A stretch of DNA of 32,000 bases from Candidatus Saccharimonadota bacterium (GTDB lineage Archaea > Nanohalarchaeota > Nanosalinia > Nanosalinales > Nanosalinaceae). A program made the translations under genes and the position numbers. The notes beneath the pieces were generated by a model, which saw only the letters and a program-made list of their open reading frames with translations, searched no databases and was not told the origin of the DNA. The stretch spans positions 150,001-182,000 of the forward strand of contig CP012986.1 in the NCBI GenBank assembly GCA_001761425.1, in the 5' to 3' direction. Numbering within the stretch: position 1 is the first letter of the stretch; each line of letters begins with the position of its first letter. Positions 9,068 through 17,916 of this stretch are shown piece by piece.

Positions 9068-9319
9068 TTGATGTCTGAGGAAAGTGATTCTGTAAGTTAT
9101 CGGAACGGTGAGGCCTTTGTAGAGGGTGTGCGTGAGATACCTCTGATCCAGGTCTTCGAGCACTATGAGGTCAGGAAGAAAGATGCTGAAAACGTTGCAG
9201 AGACTCTTGGACTTACTGAATCCGATGTCAGGAAGGGTATCAGTTACTGGCGTTCAAGGCCTGAAGTTTACGAGGATCTTGAGGACAGGATTGAGGTTAC
9301 AGCAGTAAGGACGCCGTAA
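9068..9319 (+). CDS. Small hypothetical protein, possibly a DUF433-like HTH
   Basis: 83 aa. The pattern GEAFVEGVREIPLIQVFEHY…ETLGLTESDVRKGISYW resembles DUF433. This is resemblance only. Confidence 0.4.
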   Translation: MMSEESDSVSYRNGEAFVEGVREIPLIQVFEHYEVRKKDAENVAETLGLTESDVRKGISYWRSRPEVYEDLEDRIEVTAVRTP

Positions 9320-9663
9320 AACCTATTGCTGATGTCGTCAGTGGACAAGACCCTGATTTTGGTGATGCTGGCTCTAATCAGTCTTCTGAAGATGTAGTAA
9401 ATGATTTTCTTGATGGGAAGGAAGGCCTTTCTCGGGATAACCTGGTTTCCTCCGCCTGTTATCTTGATGGACAGGTTTCTGGAGTTGAATGGACTAGAGA
9501 TGGTTCAGAACTTGGTGTTTATGTCTCTGGGCGTGGAGAAGAGTTTTCGTTGACTTATGCTGTGGAAGGTGAGTCAGGCCCTATTCTTGGAGTTGATGAA
9601 CAGGTTTTGGAGGATAGGCTGGATGAGATGTACAGGAACGCTGTGTTTGAGTCGATGAGTTAG
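9295..9663 (+). pseudogene. Start-less coding-like open frame (122 codons), possibly a frameshifted continuation of 9068-9319 or a decaying gene
   Basis: The frame is open from the stop at 9292-9294 to TAG at 9661-9663 and encodes acidic, protein-like sequence (…DFLDGKEGLSRDNLVSSACYLDGQVSGVEWTRDGSELGVYVSGRGEEFSLTYAVEGESGPILGVDEQVLEDRLDEMYRNAVFESMS). The first ATG/GTG/TTG in frame is TTG at 9550. The frame overlaps the 3' end of the upstream ORF in the -1 frame. Confidence 0.35.
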
Positions 9664-9693
9664 AGAAAAATTGAAATGAATGGGGGCCTGAGA

Positions 9694-9706
9694 AGGCCTT
9701 TTTTTG
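9694..9706. terminator. AGGCCT plus T7 tract between convergent transcription units
   Basis: AGAAGGCCTTTTTTTG lies between the + frame ending at 9663 and the radA stop at 9708. An A-run (9665-9670) gives oligo-T on the minus strand. Confidence 0.35.
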
Positions 9707-9707
9707 T

Positions 9708-10658
9708 TTATCCGTCGATGATTCCTGGGTCTTTGACCTTGAAGACTGCTTCTCCTTCGGGCATGTAGGGTGAGTCGACGAGTCTTGCGATTCTTTTGTC
9801 TTTCTTGCTTTTTCTGAGGTAGAGTCTGACTGCGGAGTTGTGTGCGACGATGTGGCCTCCAATGGCTTTTGTAGGGTCTCCGAACATCTGGTCCGGGTTG
9901 GACATAACCTGGTTTGTGACCACTACAGCAGCGTTGTGGCTGTTGGCAAGCCTTAGCAGTGTTGTCATGTGCTTGTTGAGTTTTTGCTGTCTCTTTGCCA
10001 GTTCTCCACGACCTACGTAGTCTGATCTGAACTGTGCTGTAAGGCTGTCTACGATGATAAGGCCTACGTCGTTGTTCTGACAGATTTCCTGGGCTTCGTC
10101 TGCGAGGAGCATCTGGTGGTCTGAGTTGAAGGCTCTTGCGACGTGGATGCGTTCCAGAACTTCATCTGGGTCCTGGTCGTTGGCATCTGCCATCTGTTCG
10201 ATTCTTGTAGGTGTGAAGGTGTCTTCTGTGTCAAGGTAGACGACTTCACGGTCCAGGCCTCCTTCTTCTTCAGGTAGCTGTACGTTTACTGAGAGCTGGT
10301 GGCTCATCTGTGTTTTTGCGGATCCGTATTCTCCGTAGAACTCTGTGATTGCCTGGGTTTCCACTCCTCCGCCCAGGATTTCGTCCACGTTGTCACTGCT
10401 TGTTGTGATCCTTTGCATCTTTTCTCTCTGTTCGTACTTGGCCTTTCCGGACTCGAAACCGAGGTCTAGATGCTTCCTTGCTTCTGTGATGATGCTCTGG
10501 GCCTTCTTGTCTCCAAGGTCGGCTACTTCACCGAGTTCTCCTGAACTCATTGTTGCGATGGACATCAGTTCTTCGTATCCTGCTTCTCTAAGTTTTTCTG
10601 CGGTCTTTCCTCCCACTCCTTTGATATCTTCAAGATCTACGTCTTCTTTCTCTGCCAT
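9708..10658 (-). CDS. radA: DNA repair and recombination protein RadA
   Basis: N-terminal HhH ([16 protein letters not shown]), Walker [10 protein letters not shown], Walker B LIIVDSL. Typical 316-aa archaeal Rad51/RecA homolog. Confidence 0.95.
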   Translation of the reverse strand: MAEKEDVDLEDIKGVGGKTAEKLREAGYEELMSIATMSSGELGEVADLGDKKAQSIITEARKHLDLGFESGKAKYEQREKMQRITTSSDNVDEILGGGVETQAITEFYGEYGSAKTQMSHQLSVNVQLPEEEGGLDREVVYLDTEDTFTPTRIEQMADANDQDPDEVLERIHVARAFNSDHQMLLADEAQEICQNNDVGLIIVDSLTAQFRSDYVGRGELAKRQQKLNKHMTTLLRLANSHNAAVVVTNQVMSNPDQMFGDPTKAIGGHIVAHNSAVRLYLRKSKKDKRIARLVDSPYMPEGEAVFKVKDPGIIDG

Positions 10659-10722
10659 TAGAAATCCCCTCTGTAATCTTTGTATTGTAAAGCTGTTTGA
10701 ATTTGTCTCATAGTACTGTTTT

Positions 10723-11715
10723 TCAGGCCTCCATTATATCCAGGAGCTGTTCAAGTTCTTTTTCCGTGTCGAGTACGCTGTAGCTGTTTGTGATAAGTTC
10801 TATCCGGCCGAAGTAATCGTTGTAGCGTGTACGGCCTTCGAGTTCCACTTCTTTTCCTGCGACGCCTTCTGCAGATTCCTCTACTGTTTCTACGTCTCCT
10901 TCAAGTTCTTCGTCTTCTTCCATGTCAAGCAGGTCTCTTGCCTGGTCTCTGAAGAAGACTCCTCTGATGCTGTCGGTTCCATCGTCGATAACCGCTGAGA
11001 TCGCCAGTGCATACTCTGGATCGACTTCTCCGTGTTCCTCACAGACGTGATTGCCGTCTTCGTCTTCTCTAACAGAGTCTTCACATTCAGGACATGTCGT
11101 GTAGAAAGGATTGGATGTATAAACGTTCAGTACCATGCCTCTGACCCTGTAGGTAGCTCCTTCTTCGCTTACATCTATGATCGAGGCCTCCTGTGCCTCG
11201 TTAGGATTCTTGACTTCAGGTATGTCATCGTCGTCCGCCATCTTGACCTGGACTTCGTCTCCAAGCCTGAGCTCTGCGTTACCCTGGTTGTCTTCGACCG
11301 AGTAGGCGCCTGAGATCTCGATGACGTCGTCTTCCTCAATCTTTTCCGCAATCTCTGTCTGCTCATCCCAGAGTGTTACTCTGATGGTACCGGTTTCGTC
11401 GCCGAGAACCAGGTTCTGTACTCTACCGTCTTCCTCATCGTCGTCACGTTCGAAAGTATTTATATCACTTATATCGACTACACGGGCCTTGATATGGACT
11501 TTTCTCATCTCAGGGACGACATTCTCTATCTTGAGTTCTCCGTCTCCCTGCTCTGCGATCTGAACGCCGTGTTCTTTAGCAACTAGGTGTACGGCTCCTT
11601 CCTCTGATACAAGGCCTTCGAACTCTTCCATTTTCTCCTCGATGTTTTCTCTTACTTCGTCTTCTTCGAGTTCTGTCTCTTCAACTATTTTGGCGATTAT
11701 GTCCTCGACTTCCAT
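10723..11715 (-). CDS. Replication protein A-like ssDNA-binding protein (OB folds plus zinc ribbon)
   Basis: OB-fold-like repeats ([19 protein letters not shown]…) and a Cys/His zinc element ([22 protein letters not shown]). Located between the histone gene and radA. Confidence 0.75.
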   Translation of the reverse strand: MEVEDIIAKIVEETELEEDEVRENIEEKMEEFEGLVSEEGAVHLVAKEHGVQIAEQGDGELKIENVVPEMRKVHIKARVVDISDINTFERDDDEEDGRVQNLVLGDETGTIRVTLWDEQTEIAEKIEEDDVIEISGAYSVEDNQGNAELRLGDEVQVKMADDDDIPEVKNPNEAQEASIIDVSEEGATYRVRGMVLNVYTSNPFYTTCPECEDSVREDEDGNHVCEEHGEVDPEYALAISAVIDDGTDSIRGVFFRDQARDLLDMEEDEELEGDVETVEESAEGVAGKEVELEGRTRYNDYFGRIELITNSYSVLDTEKELEQLLDIMEA

Positions 11716-11834
11716 GTTTCAGAAACCGGATGGAAAGCTTAAATCCCTGATGTCCTACCGGAACTTGCGGAAGTTGCGGAAGCCAGGCCTCTAGAAAAAG
11801 AAGAGGACAGGAGAGATGAGGGGAAAAATGTCAA

Positions 11835-12032
11835 CTAGTTCAGGGCGTCTCTTACGTCTTCTGCTCTGACAGTCTTCCTTCCCTTCTCTTCGGCGATTGC
11901 AATTGTTTCCTCGGCGACGTCGCCTGCGAACATTTCCAGGACCTGGCCGAGTTCTTCAGCACCGTCCTCGGAAACTCTCTTGTCTCCCTGAGTCTTGATC
12001 ATATCCTTCATCTTTGCAACGGAAAATTCCAT
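11835..12032 (-). CDS. Archaeal histone (HMf family, single histone fold)
   Basis: 65 aa. …RVSEDGAEELGQVLEMFAGDVAEETIAIAEEKGRKTVRAEDVRDAL matches the archaeal histone fold pattern (RVS…A…GRKT…ED). Confidence 0.85.
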   Translation of the reverse strand: MEFSVAKMKDMIKTQGDKRVSEDGAEELGQVLEMFAGDVAEETIAIAEEKGRKTVRAEDVRDALN

Positions 12033-12180
12033 TTTCTACCACCTGTAAAGACTAACCTGCCCGTATTAATTTAAACAGGCCGGTTACCGCCACCTAACAT
12101 GGTTGACCGCGGGCCTGCGAACATCCGGAAAATTCTTAACGGGGGAAACATAATTACATTGTGGGGGAATTAAAGGGGGA

Positions 12181-12462
12181 ATGGGAGAATCTCTTCAGGA
12201 GTTTTTTGTAAACGTCAAATCAGCTAAAATACTGGTAAATCTAAGTAATCCCTCCACGGATAACTACGCCTCAGAGATCTCAAGCAACGTAGGCTGCACA
12301 TACTCCCACACCGTCAGGATTCTCCATAAATTCGACGACAGAGGCCTTGTAGAGACGAATAAAGAAGGCAGGAAAAAAATGATAGAACTCACAGAAGACG
12401 GAAGAGATATCGCACAGGATCTGGGAGACCTGATACACAGTCTTCAGCAGGCGGAAAACTAG
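12181..12462 (+). CDS. Small winged-helix DNA-binding protein
   Basis: NYASEISSNVGCTYSHTVRILHKFDDRGLVETNKEGRKKMIELTEDG fits HTH plus wing. Confidence 0.55.
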   Translation: MGESLQEFFVNVKSAKILVNLSNPSTDNYASEISSNVGCTYSHTVRILHKFDDRGLVETNKEGRKKMIELTEDGRDIAQDLGDLIHSLQQAEN

Positions 12463-12534
12463 ATCAGCAGAAGGCCTTTTCAACGAGTTTCTGGAAGTTT
12501 TTCCCTTGTATGAGTTTTTTGTACTGATAACTAA

Positions 12535-12924
12535 TTACTCAGGGTTTGAGACAGTTACTTCGTAGCCTTCGGGTGGTGATGCCCCGTCCTCTAATCCGTA
12601 TCTCTCGATTTCTCTCACAAGATCTTCGGCAACTTCCTTGGCATCGAACTCCTCGCCGTACATACCGCGGGAGACAGCCCTGCCGCTCATGAACTCTTCA
12701 AAACTGTCTTCCTCCATAACACTGTAGACATCATCAAAGATGACGGCAGATGCATCCACAGTCAACCTGGCTCTTTCCGAAGGACTGTGCTCGCCTATCT
12801 CAAACAGGTAACCTCTTCTCTCACTCTCATCTACCTCAGGCAAATGACCTGGCTCACCGTAAAGAATCCTCTCCGGCGAACCATCCTCTTCAACAACACT
12901 CTGCAACTCAAAATTATCGCTCAT
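12535..12924 (-). CDS. Hypothetical acidic protein
   Basis: 129-aa ORF with an ATG start. I recognise no family. Confidence 0.5.
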   Translation of the reverse strand: MSDNFELQSVVEEDGSPERILYGEPGHLPEVDESERRGYLFEIGEHSPSERARLTVDASAVIFDDVYSVMEEDSFEEFMSGRAVSRGMYGEEFDAKEVAEDLVREIERYGLEDGASPPEGYEVTVSNPE

Positions 12925-13046
12925 ATGTCATCAACCAGTAGCAAAAAATAAAAAACTGAGGCCTTCTCGTTGACCACAAGATCTCACCTCTGTAGCCCGC
13001 GGTAAAAGCCGGGAAAAAGGCCTTTGATCCTGTAAAGAACTCACAA

Positions 13047-13223
13047 ATGTACTCGGGCTCGATCTATGTTCTGTTAGCCAGCGGATACGAGAAGACTGTC
13101 ACAGAGCTGAAAAAATCTCTGAGAAGGCCTTTCCTGGCACATTTTGCTCCTTATATCTCACATCTCAAACGAAAAAGAGTGTTAATTATAGACGAACATA
13201 CAATGTTTTTAGAAAGGCTTTGA
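13047..13223 (+). CDS. Candidate 58-aa wHTH-like small protein (below the ORF-track cutoff)
   Basis: ATG at 13047 to TGA at 13221-13223: MYSGSIYVLLASGYEKTVTELKKSLRRPFLAHFAPYISHLKRKRVLIIDEHTMFLERL. The helix-turn-helix-like pattern is weak evidence only. Confidence 0.3.
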   Translation: MYSGSIYVLLASGYEKTVTELKKSLRRPFLAHFAPYISHLKRKRVLIIDEHTMFLERL

Positions 13224-13294
13224 TGTTTCTCTAAAGTAAAAACGTATCGAGGCCTGGTGAAGGATTTTTACGGTAGAAGGCCTATACGTGTGTT

Positions 13295-13501
13295 GTGAGG
13301 ATTACGAAGATCCAGGATGATGGTGAGCGTTTTATTATACATGGAGATGGAAGGCTTCTACAGGAGCTGAAAGAGGTATTCGACAATATGACACTGGGAG
13401 TGTCTGTTACGCCCTCAGAAAAAGGTGTCGCCAACATTCTGTACACTGAAAATAACAGAGATCTCGTCCTCAGAGTACTGAATGACCATACTGAGAAATG
13501 A
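13295..13501 (+). CDS. Small hypothetical protein (GTG start)
   Basis: 68 aa with acidic composition like the bulk proteome. The overlapping minus-strand 83-aa ORF is Ser/Thr/Cys-rich and looks non-coding. Confidence 0.35.
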   Translation: MRITKIQDDGERFIIHGDGRLLQELKEVFDNMTLGVSVTPSEKGVANILYTENNRDLVLRVLNDHTEK

Positions 13502-13595
13502 GTAAGATATGAGTTTTTGAGAGTTGTACACACTCATTAAGTTCCTGAGTGTTCAAATGCCGCGAACATCGAAGCGTATAGAGAAAGGCCTCACA

Positions 13596-13757
13596 ATAAA
13601 GAAGGTATACAAGAAATATGGTCGAAGTCGTTTTCTGGTATCTTCTTGGTGCATTAGCTTGGGGTCGCGACCCAGATCTGCTATAGCATAAAGAAGGTAT
13701 ATCTTCGGCGTGTGAGAGGCCTGATGTGGTTTACCATGGGCGTGTTATACCTTCTTT
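13596..13757. repeat. Local repeat set: ATAAAGAAGGTATA twice direct, plus one inverted copy
   Basis: Direct copies at 13596-13609 and 13688-13701. The inverted TATACCTTCTTT at 13746-13757 can pair with the second copy. The 12-bp palindrome GGGTCGCGACCC at 13662-13673 lies between them. A T-run at 13766-13771 follows. Confidence 0.55.
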
Positions 13758-13822
13758 GTTAAGGCTTTTTTCGCTATTTTTCTTCTGAAATACGGCGAGT
13801 GTGTAATCTGTTCGAACACTCG

Positions 13823-14467
13823 TTACCTCTGTCCTGAAACGTATATATCTCTCGCATCTTCTGGGCTGTAATGTATCTCGGTATGGAATCCTTTGTCTTT
13901 CAGGTGCGAGGCTATATTTTCTGCGTAGGCCTTCTGGTTCTCCCGGGAGTCATCTTCGAGTTCTGGCATCTGGTATCTGTTTACTCCTCTCATCGTGTAC
14001 AGCAGGGCGGAGTCGCTGTCTTTTAGCAGTCTGTCCGATGTGCTGGTGATCCTCTTGAAGGCGTTGTTTAAGGCTCTATCTCTCTCCTCTGGGTCGGTGT
14101 AATCGAACTGATGGAGATCGGTCTCTGGTTCTATCTGCGGCCTCAGAGCTGTGATAGTATCGTCCGCGATAGCCCAGCCGTATTCAAAATCAAAACCTTC
14201 TCCTGTGTAGCCATGTGTTGTTACAGGTGCTACAGATACCTCATCTCTCCTTGAGAAGCCTCCTTTCGGTGTAAGGCCTACTATCTCTTCTGTCTCGCTC
14301 TCCTCTATCATGCTCTCTTCGACCTGTGTCTCGTGTGGCCAAACAAAGGCCTTCTCAGGCTCTATATCCATCTCTGACAGCCAGCTACCTAGACCGACTC
14401 CGTTCCCAGGAACGAGGTTGTTCACATCATCTGAACTCTCGTGGACTCCCCTGTTTCTCATTTTCAC
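13823..14467 (-). CDS. Hypothetical acidic protein
   Basis: 214-aa ORF with a GTG start at 14467. An alternative ATG lies at 14461. I recognise no family. Confidence 0.5.
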   Translation of the reverse strand: MKMRNRGVHESSDDVNNLVPGNGVGLGSWLSEMDIEPEKAFVWPHETQVEESMIEESETEEIVGLTPKGGFSRRDEVSVAPVTTHGYTGEGFDFEYGWAIADDTITALRPQIEPETDLHQFDYTDPEERDRALNNAFKRITSTSDRLLKDSDSALLYTMRGVNRYQMPELEDDSRENQKAYAENIASHLKDKGFHTEIHYSPEDARDIYVSGQR

Positions 14468-14766
14468 CTAACAGTGTTAACACAAGACTTTAAAAGGTGC
14501 TGAATATTCGGCTGTAATTAACACTCTTTTCTTCCATGTTGTTTGTATTTTTTGAACATTCTGGGGTGTTTGTGAGTACAGGAAGGAGTATTTAGGCCTC
14601 AAATGATCAATCTGCTGCGTGGCTTGTGATCAGATCGGTTACAGGATTCCTGAGGATGTGAATTCCGGAAGGCCTTTGCGATTACACCAAGGATCATGAG
14701 GTGTAGTTGTTCAGAAGGGACTTTCTGGATAAGTAACAAGAAGATGTGAGTCCAATCTGTAGGTAT

Positions 14767-15801
14767 ATGACTGAGACTATGTTTGGAAGGATCAGAGAGA
14801 GGATGGATAAGGAAGGCCTTGAGCTTTTAGTGTTGAGTGATTCGGAGAATATTCTCTGGGCTACGGGTGAGGAGTTCTCCGGGTATATCTTCGTCACTCA
14901 GGGTGGGGTTGAGGCCTTGCTTCCACGGTTCTACAGATATGAGGATCTCTCTATGTTTGACAGTGTAAGCTTTGGGTTCAAGAGAACTGATTACCATGAA
15001 CTGCTTGGTGAAAAGGCCTCAGAGTTCTCTGGTCTGGAGGCAGCGATAGATGAGGAAAACGAGAAACTGGAGGATGAACTGGATGCTGAAGTTACAGATC
15101 TGGTTATGGAACTGAGAAAAGTCAAGACCGAGGAAGAGATTAAAAAGATCGTGAAGGCCTGTGAGATAACAGATGACGCACTGGAAGATCTGAGAGAAGA
15201 CCTGTTTTCAGGTCTTACAGAGTGGGAGGCGGTTGGAAGGCTAAAGAAATTCTATGTAGATGAAGAAGTGGAAGAGGCCTTTATCACGAATGAGGGCGAG
15301 TCCCTGGTCCAGAGGAATAGTTTGAGGCCTCACCGAGGCCCGGAGTCAGAGGAGGTTGAGGAAGATGATCTTGTGATAGTTGATACCGGTGCTCGGTATG
15401 AGAATTACTGTGCTGATGTGACCAGGACGTACTGTGAAAACCCTTCTGAAGAGCAGAGAAAGCTTTTCCAGGATGTTAAAGAGGTCCAGGAAGAGATGAT
15501 CGACATGATGGAGGATGGAAGGCCTATAGCGGATGTGAAACAGCTGGAGCTTGATATGTTCAAGGAAAAAGGCTATGATATAGAGGAAAATGTTCTTTAC
15601 TACAGTCACAGCATCGGTGTGGTCGCTCACGAATCTCCTACGATCACACATGAAAGTGAAGAAGAGTTCAGGGATGGAATGGCGGTTACTATAGAGCCAG
15701 GCCTTCACGTAAAAGGCCTGGGAGGAGTCAGGATAGAGGATACAGTTGTTGTCAGAGAAGATGGAGCCGAGAGGCTTTCGAAGTCGCCCAGAGAGCTCTA
15801 G
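14767..15801 (+). CDS. M24-family Xaa-Pro peptidase
   Basis: The pita-bread metal ligand pattern is present: DTGARYENYCADVTRT, HSIG, TIEPG, VRIED. I prefer the ATG at 14767 (or 14779) over the listed GTG at 14746. Confidence 0.85.
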   Translation: MTETMFGRIRERMDKEGLELLVLSDSENILWATGEEFSGYIFVTQGGVEALLPRFYRYEDLSMFDSVSFGFKRTDYHELLGEKASEFSGLEAAIDEENEKLEDELDAEVTDLVMELRKVKTEEEIKKIVKACEITDDALEDLREDLFSGLTEWEAVGRLKKFYVDEEVEEAFITNEGESLVQRNSLRPHRGPESEEVEEDDLVIVDTGARYENYCADVTRTYCENPSEEQRKLFQDVKEVQEEMIDMMEDGRPIADVKQLELDMFKEKGYDIEENVLYYSHSIGVVAHESPTITHESEEEFRDGMAVTIEPGLHVKGLGGVRIEDTVVVREDGAERLSKSPREL

Positions 15802-16625
15802 CTCTGGGCTTCTTCTCTGATATCTTCGTATAGTTCCTGTGTGTCGTAGCCGAACTCGTTTCCTGGAAATGTTCTTGAGATCTGCTGTGGTTCGTTTACT
15901 CCGGTTATCGAGTCCTCCTGTAAGTACCAGTCAGCACCGGTTCCTAGTTCTTGGTATTCTTCTTCGTCTATGATGTCGGCCCAGCTATCTGGGTCGTAGT
16001 CTTCCAGTAGTTCATCTGTTACCTGGTATCCTTCTCCCTCTACAGGACCTGGAACTGCCTTTAGCTCATAATTGCTTCCATCTATCTGTCCGCTGTAGCT
16101 CTGTTCAGTACCTGTCTGAGTATCTGTTGGTGTGTCTGTAGTGGTATCTGTTTCTGTGGGTGTTTCTGTATCAGTAGGCCTTTCTGTGGGCGTATCTGGA
16201 TTATCTGTCTCTGTGTATCTGTCCGCAGCTCCGCCTTCATTAGGAGTTTCTGTACTGGTCTGGTTGGCAGCCGGTGGCCCGGCGCCGCCAAAGCCACCGA
16301 TTCCTCCGACTCCTTCTACATTGCCGTCCAGCTCACCGTCAGAATACTTGTCAGCCGCAGCACCTGCAGCCAAAAGGCCTGCTGCACCTGCGACCGCTCT
16401 CAAAGCGTTTCTGCGTCCCTCATCTATCTCTCCGCTCTCTGAATCCCTGGCTCCGGTAATACTGTAAATTTTATCGCGGGGTGCTGTATAGAGGCCTTTT
16501 ATTCCGCCACCGGCAGCGACTGCGCCGTGCTTCAGTCTTCCTGTTAATCCGGGTGGTTCTTCTGGAGGGTTCTCTTCTTTTCCCAGATCTCCTGTGAAGT
16601 CTTCAGGTCCTATGTCATTTGCCAT
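15798..16625 (-). CDS. Membrane/secreted protein, paralog A (conserved N-region, RR-hydrophobic segment, Thr/Pro/Glu linker, conserved C-terminal domain)
   Basis: 275 aa. …EGRRNALRAVAGAAGLLAAGAAADKYSDGELDGN…, then a TETPTETDTTTDTPTDTQTGTE linker. The C-terminal ~100 aa are near-identical to 20723-21499. Confidence 0.6.
   Translation of the reverse strand: MANDIGPEDFTGDLGKEENPPEEPPGLTGRLKHGAVAAGGGIKGLYTAPRDKIYSITGARDSESGEIDEGRRNALRAVAGAAGLLAAGAAADKYSDGELDGNVEGVGGIGGFGGAGPPAANQTSTETPNEGGAADRYTETDNPDTPTERPTDTETPTETDTTTDTPTDTQTGTEQSYSGQIDGSNYELKAVPGPVEGEGYQVTDELLEDYDPDSWADIIDEEEYQELGTGADWYLQEDSITGVNEPQQISRTFPGNEFGYDTQELYEDIREEAQS
15801..16130 (-). repeat. Copy A of a ~330-bp dispersed direct repeat (the C-terminal domain of the paralogs)
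   Basis: Aligns without gaps to 20723-21052 at an offset of 4,922 bp. In the core (15922-16060 vs 20844-20982) I count 128 identical positions out of 139. Confidence 0.8.
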
Positions 16626-16631
16626 GGGGAG

Positions 16632-17789
16632 TCACCTGATGCTTTGAGAACTTTCAGATCCAAGGTATTCCAGTTTTTGAAACGAGAAGTTGCCTTCAGT
16701 GCTGAAATCTTCGTGGTCGGCCATACCGTGCCTCATCATTTCCTGAACGGCATCGGCCAGCGTACTGTAGCATTCATCGGCCACTGCATTACCAAGTTCC
16801 TGATAACCTTCTTCCATGGCCTCGAGTCTTTCTCTGGCGTATTCTAGCTCTTCTTCATCGACATTTCCTTCCGCTTTCTCAATCACTGTCTGGATTCCAT
16901 CTCTTGCTTGGTCGAGAGATGATGCGTACTGTGCTATGAGGTAGGCCTCTTCCTCCATGGCCTTTTTTCCTTTGCTCAAAACTCCGGACTGTCCAGCGAC
17001 TTCTGCGTTACTGTGGCTGTACTCCTCTTCGCCCAGGGCGTTTTCGAGAAGTGATGCCCGGCTTTCACTTACCTGGGCAAGTATATCAAGTTCTCTTGCG
17101 TGAGGCCTTCCTTTTCCGCCGAGCTGCTGTGATGTTTCGACTGCCTGTCTGTAGGCCTCATCTACGTAGTTGTTTACTGTGTTCACAAGCTCTTGTTCGA
17201 TGGCTTCTTCCTCTGCTTCTGCTCGAAGCACTATGTCTTCAATTATCCTTCTTGTCTCTCTTTTTCCATCTGTTATGGAGAGTCTCTGCTCCAGCTTTTC
17301 TCCCCAGGTTCCTTCGAGGGCCTGTTCTGGGTTCTCGTAGCTGTCGAGGTGTGCTGTGCTTTCCAGAAATTCGTTTAGAGATTCCTCGGAAAGTTCCTTC
17401 ACAGAGTCTATGCGTCCCTGGAACTCGGATCTCAGCTCTCTTTTTTCCTCTTTCCTGGATACCAGCCGGTCAATATACTCGGATACTGTACCGCCCTCTA
17501 CATGAATCGTCGCGCTTTCTGCCGGTGCCAGTTCCTCCGTCTCGATTTTATCCAGGTCATTGGAGACTTCTATCTCGGTGTCTGTTATCCTTTTACTCTC
17601 CGGGGAGTGTCTCCACTCATAGTCTTCAGGTATCCCCTGCTCCGCACGGGCAATAACCTCGTCGTATACCTGTTCTATGCTGTCAAGGCCTTCTTCAATC
17701 GCCAGGGTCCTCGACCTTACTTCACCAGATTTTTCCGGTATATTACTTAGACTGTCAATTAAGCCATCTTCGGAGTTTATATTATTCAT
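16632..17789 (-). CDS. Hypothetical acidic helical protein
   Basis: 385 aa with no signal peptide or TM, Glu-rich and predicted helical. Its stop lies 6 nt before the paralog A start, so a likely operon. Confidence 0.6.
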   Translation of the reverse strand: MNNINSEDGLIDSLSNIPEKSGEVRSRTLAIEEGLDSIEQVYDEVIARAEQGIPEDYEWRHSPESKRITDTEIEVSNDLDKIETEELAPAESATIHVEGGTVSEYIDRLVSRKEEKRELRSEFQGRIDSVKELSEESLNEFLESTAHLDSYENPEQALEGTWGEKLEQRLSITDGKRETRRIIEDIVLRAEAEEEAIEQELVNTVNNYVDEAYRQAVETSQQLGGKGRPHARELDILAQVSESRASLLENALGEEEYSHSNAEVAGQSGVLSKGKKAMEEEAYLIAQYASSLDQARDGIQTVIEKAEGNVDEEELEYARERLEAMEEGYQELGNAVADECYSTLADAVQEMMRHGMADHEDFSTEGNFSFQKLEYLGSESSQSIR

Positions 17790-17835
17790 TGTTAGATTTC
17801 GACCTGTAAAAACAAGCGAGGCCCTATCTAAAAGG
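17790..17835 (-). promoter_or_regulatory. Upstream element with a TATA-like box (TTTTAGATA on the minus strand), copy A
   Basis: The box at 17825-17833 lies 36-44 nt upstream of the ATG at 17789. The element is duplicated at 21589-21637. Confidence 0.45.
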
Positions 17836-17916
17836 AATTCTTACAGTGAAAAACCTGTGAAACTACGTGAATCATACAAGACACATGTTTACTGAAGTAA
17901 AGAAAACATCGAGGCC

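Noticed and set aside
9694-9699. The idea that AGGCCT copies are simply stems of intrinsic hairpin terminators.
   Set aside because: The 6-8 bp palindrome has no loop, so it cannot form a stable hairpin on its own. The majority of copies lie inside coding sequences. A terminator association may hold for the A-run/T-run extended intergenic copies but cannot explain the overall excess.
13173-14531. A 16-nt exact inverted match AAAAGAGTGTTAATTA (13173-13188, and the reverse complement of 14516-14531) bracketing about 1.3 kb. I considered terminal inverted repeats of a mobile element or a shared promoter. A related GTGTTAA word also recurs in several spacers (about 5434, 14474 and 24270).
   Set aside because: One 16-mer match is roughly what chance allows among about 10^9 position pairs in an AT-leaning 32 kb, with an expectation of the order of a few tenths. 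There are no target-site duplications and no transposase. One copy lies inside a candidate ORF. The 7-mer occurs about as often as expected by chance.
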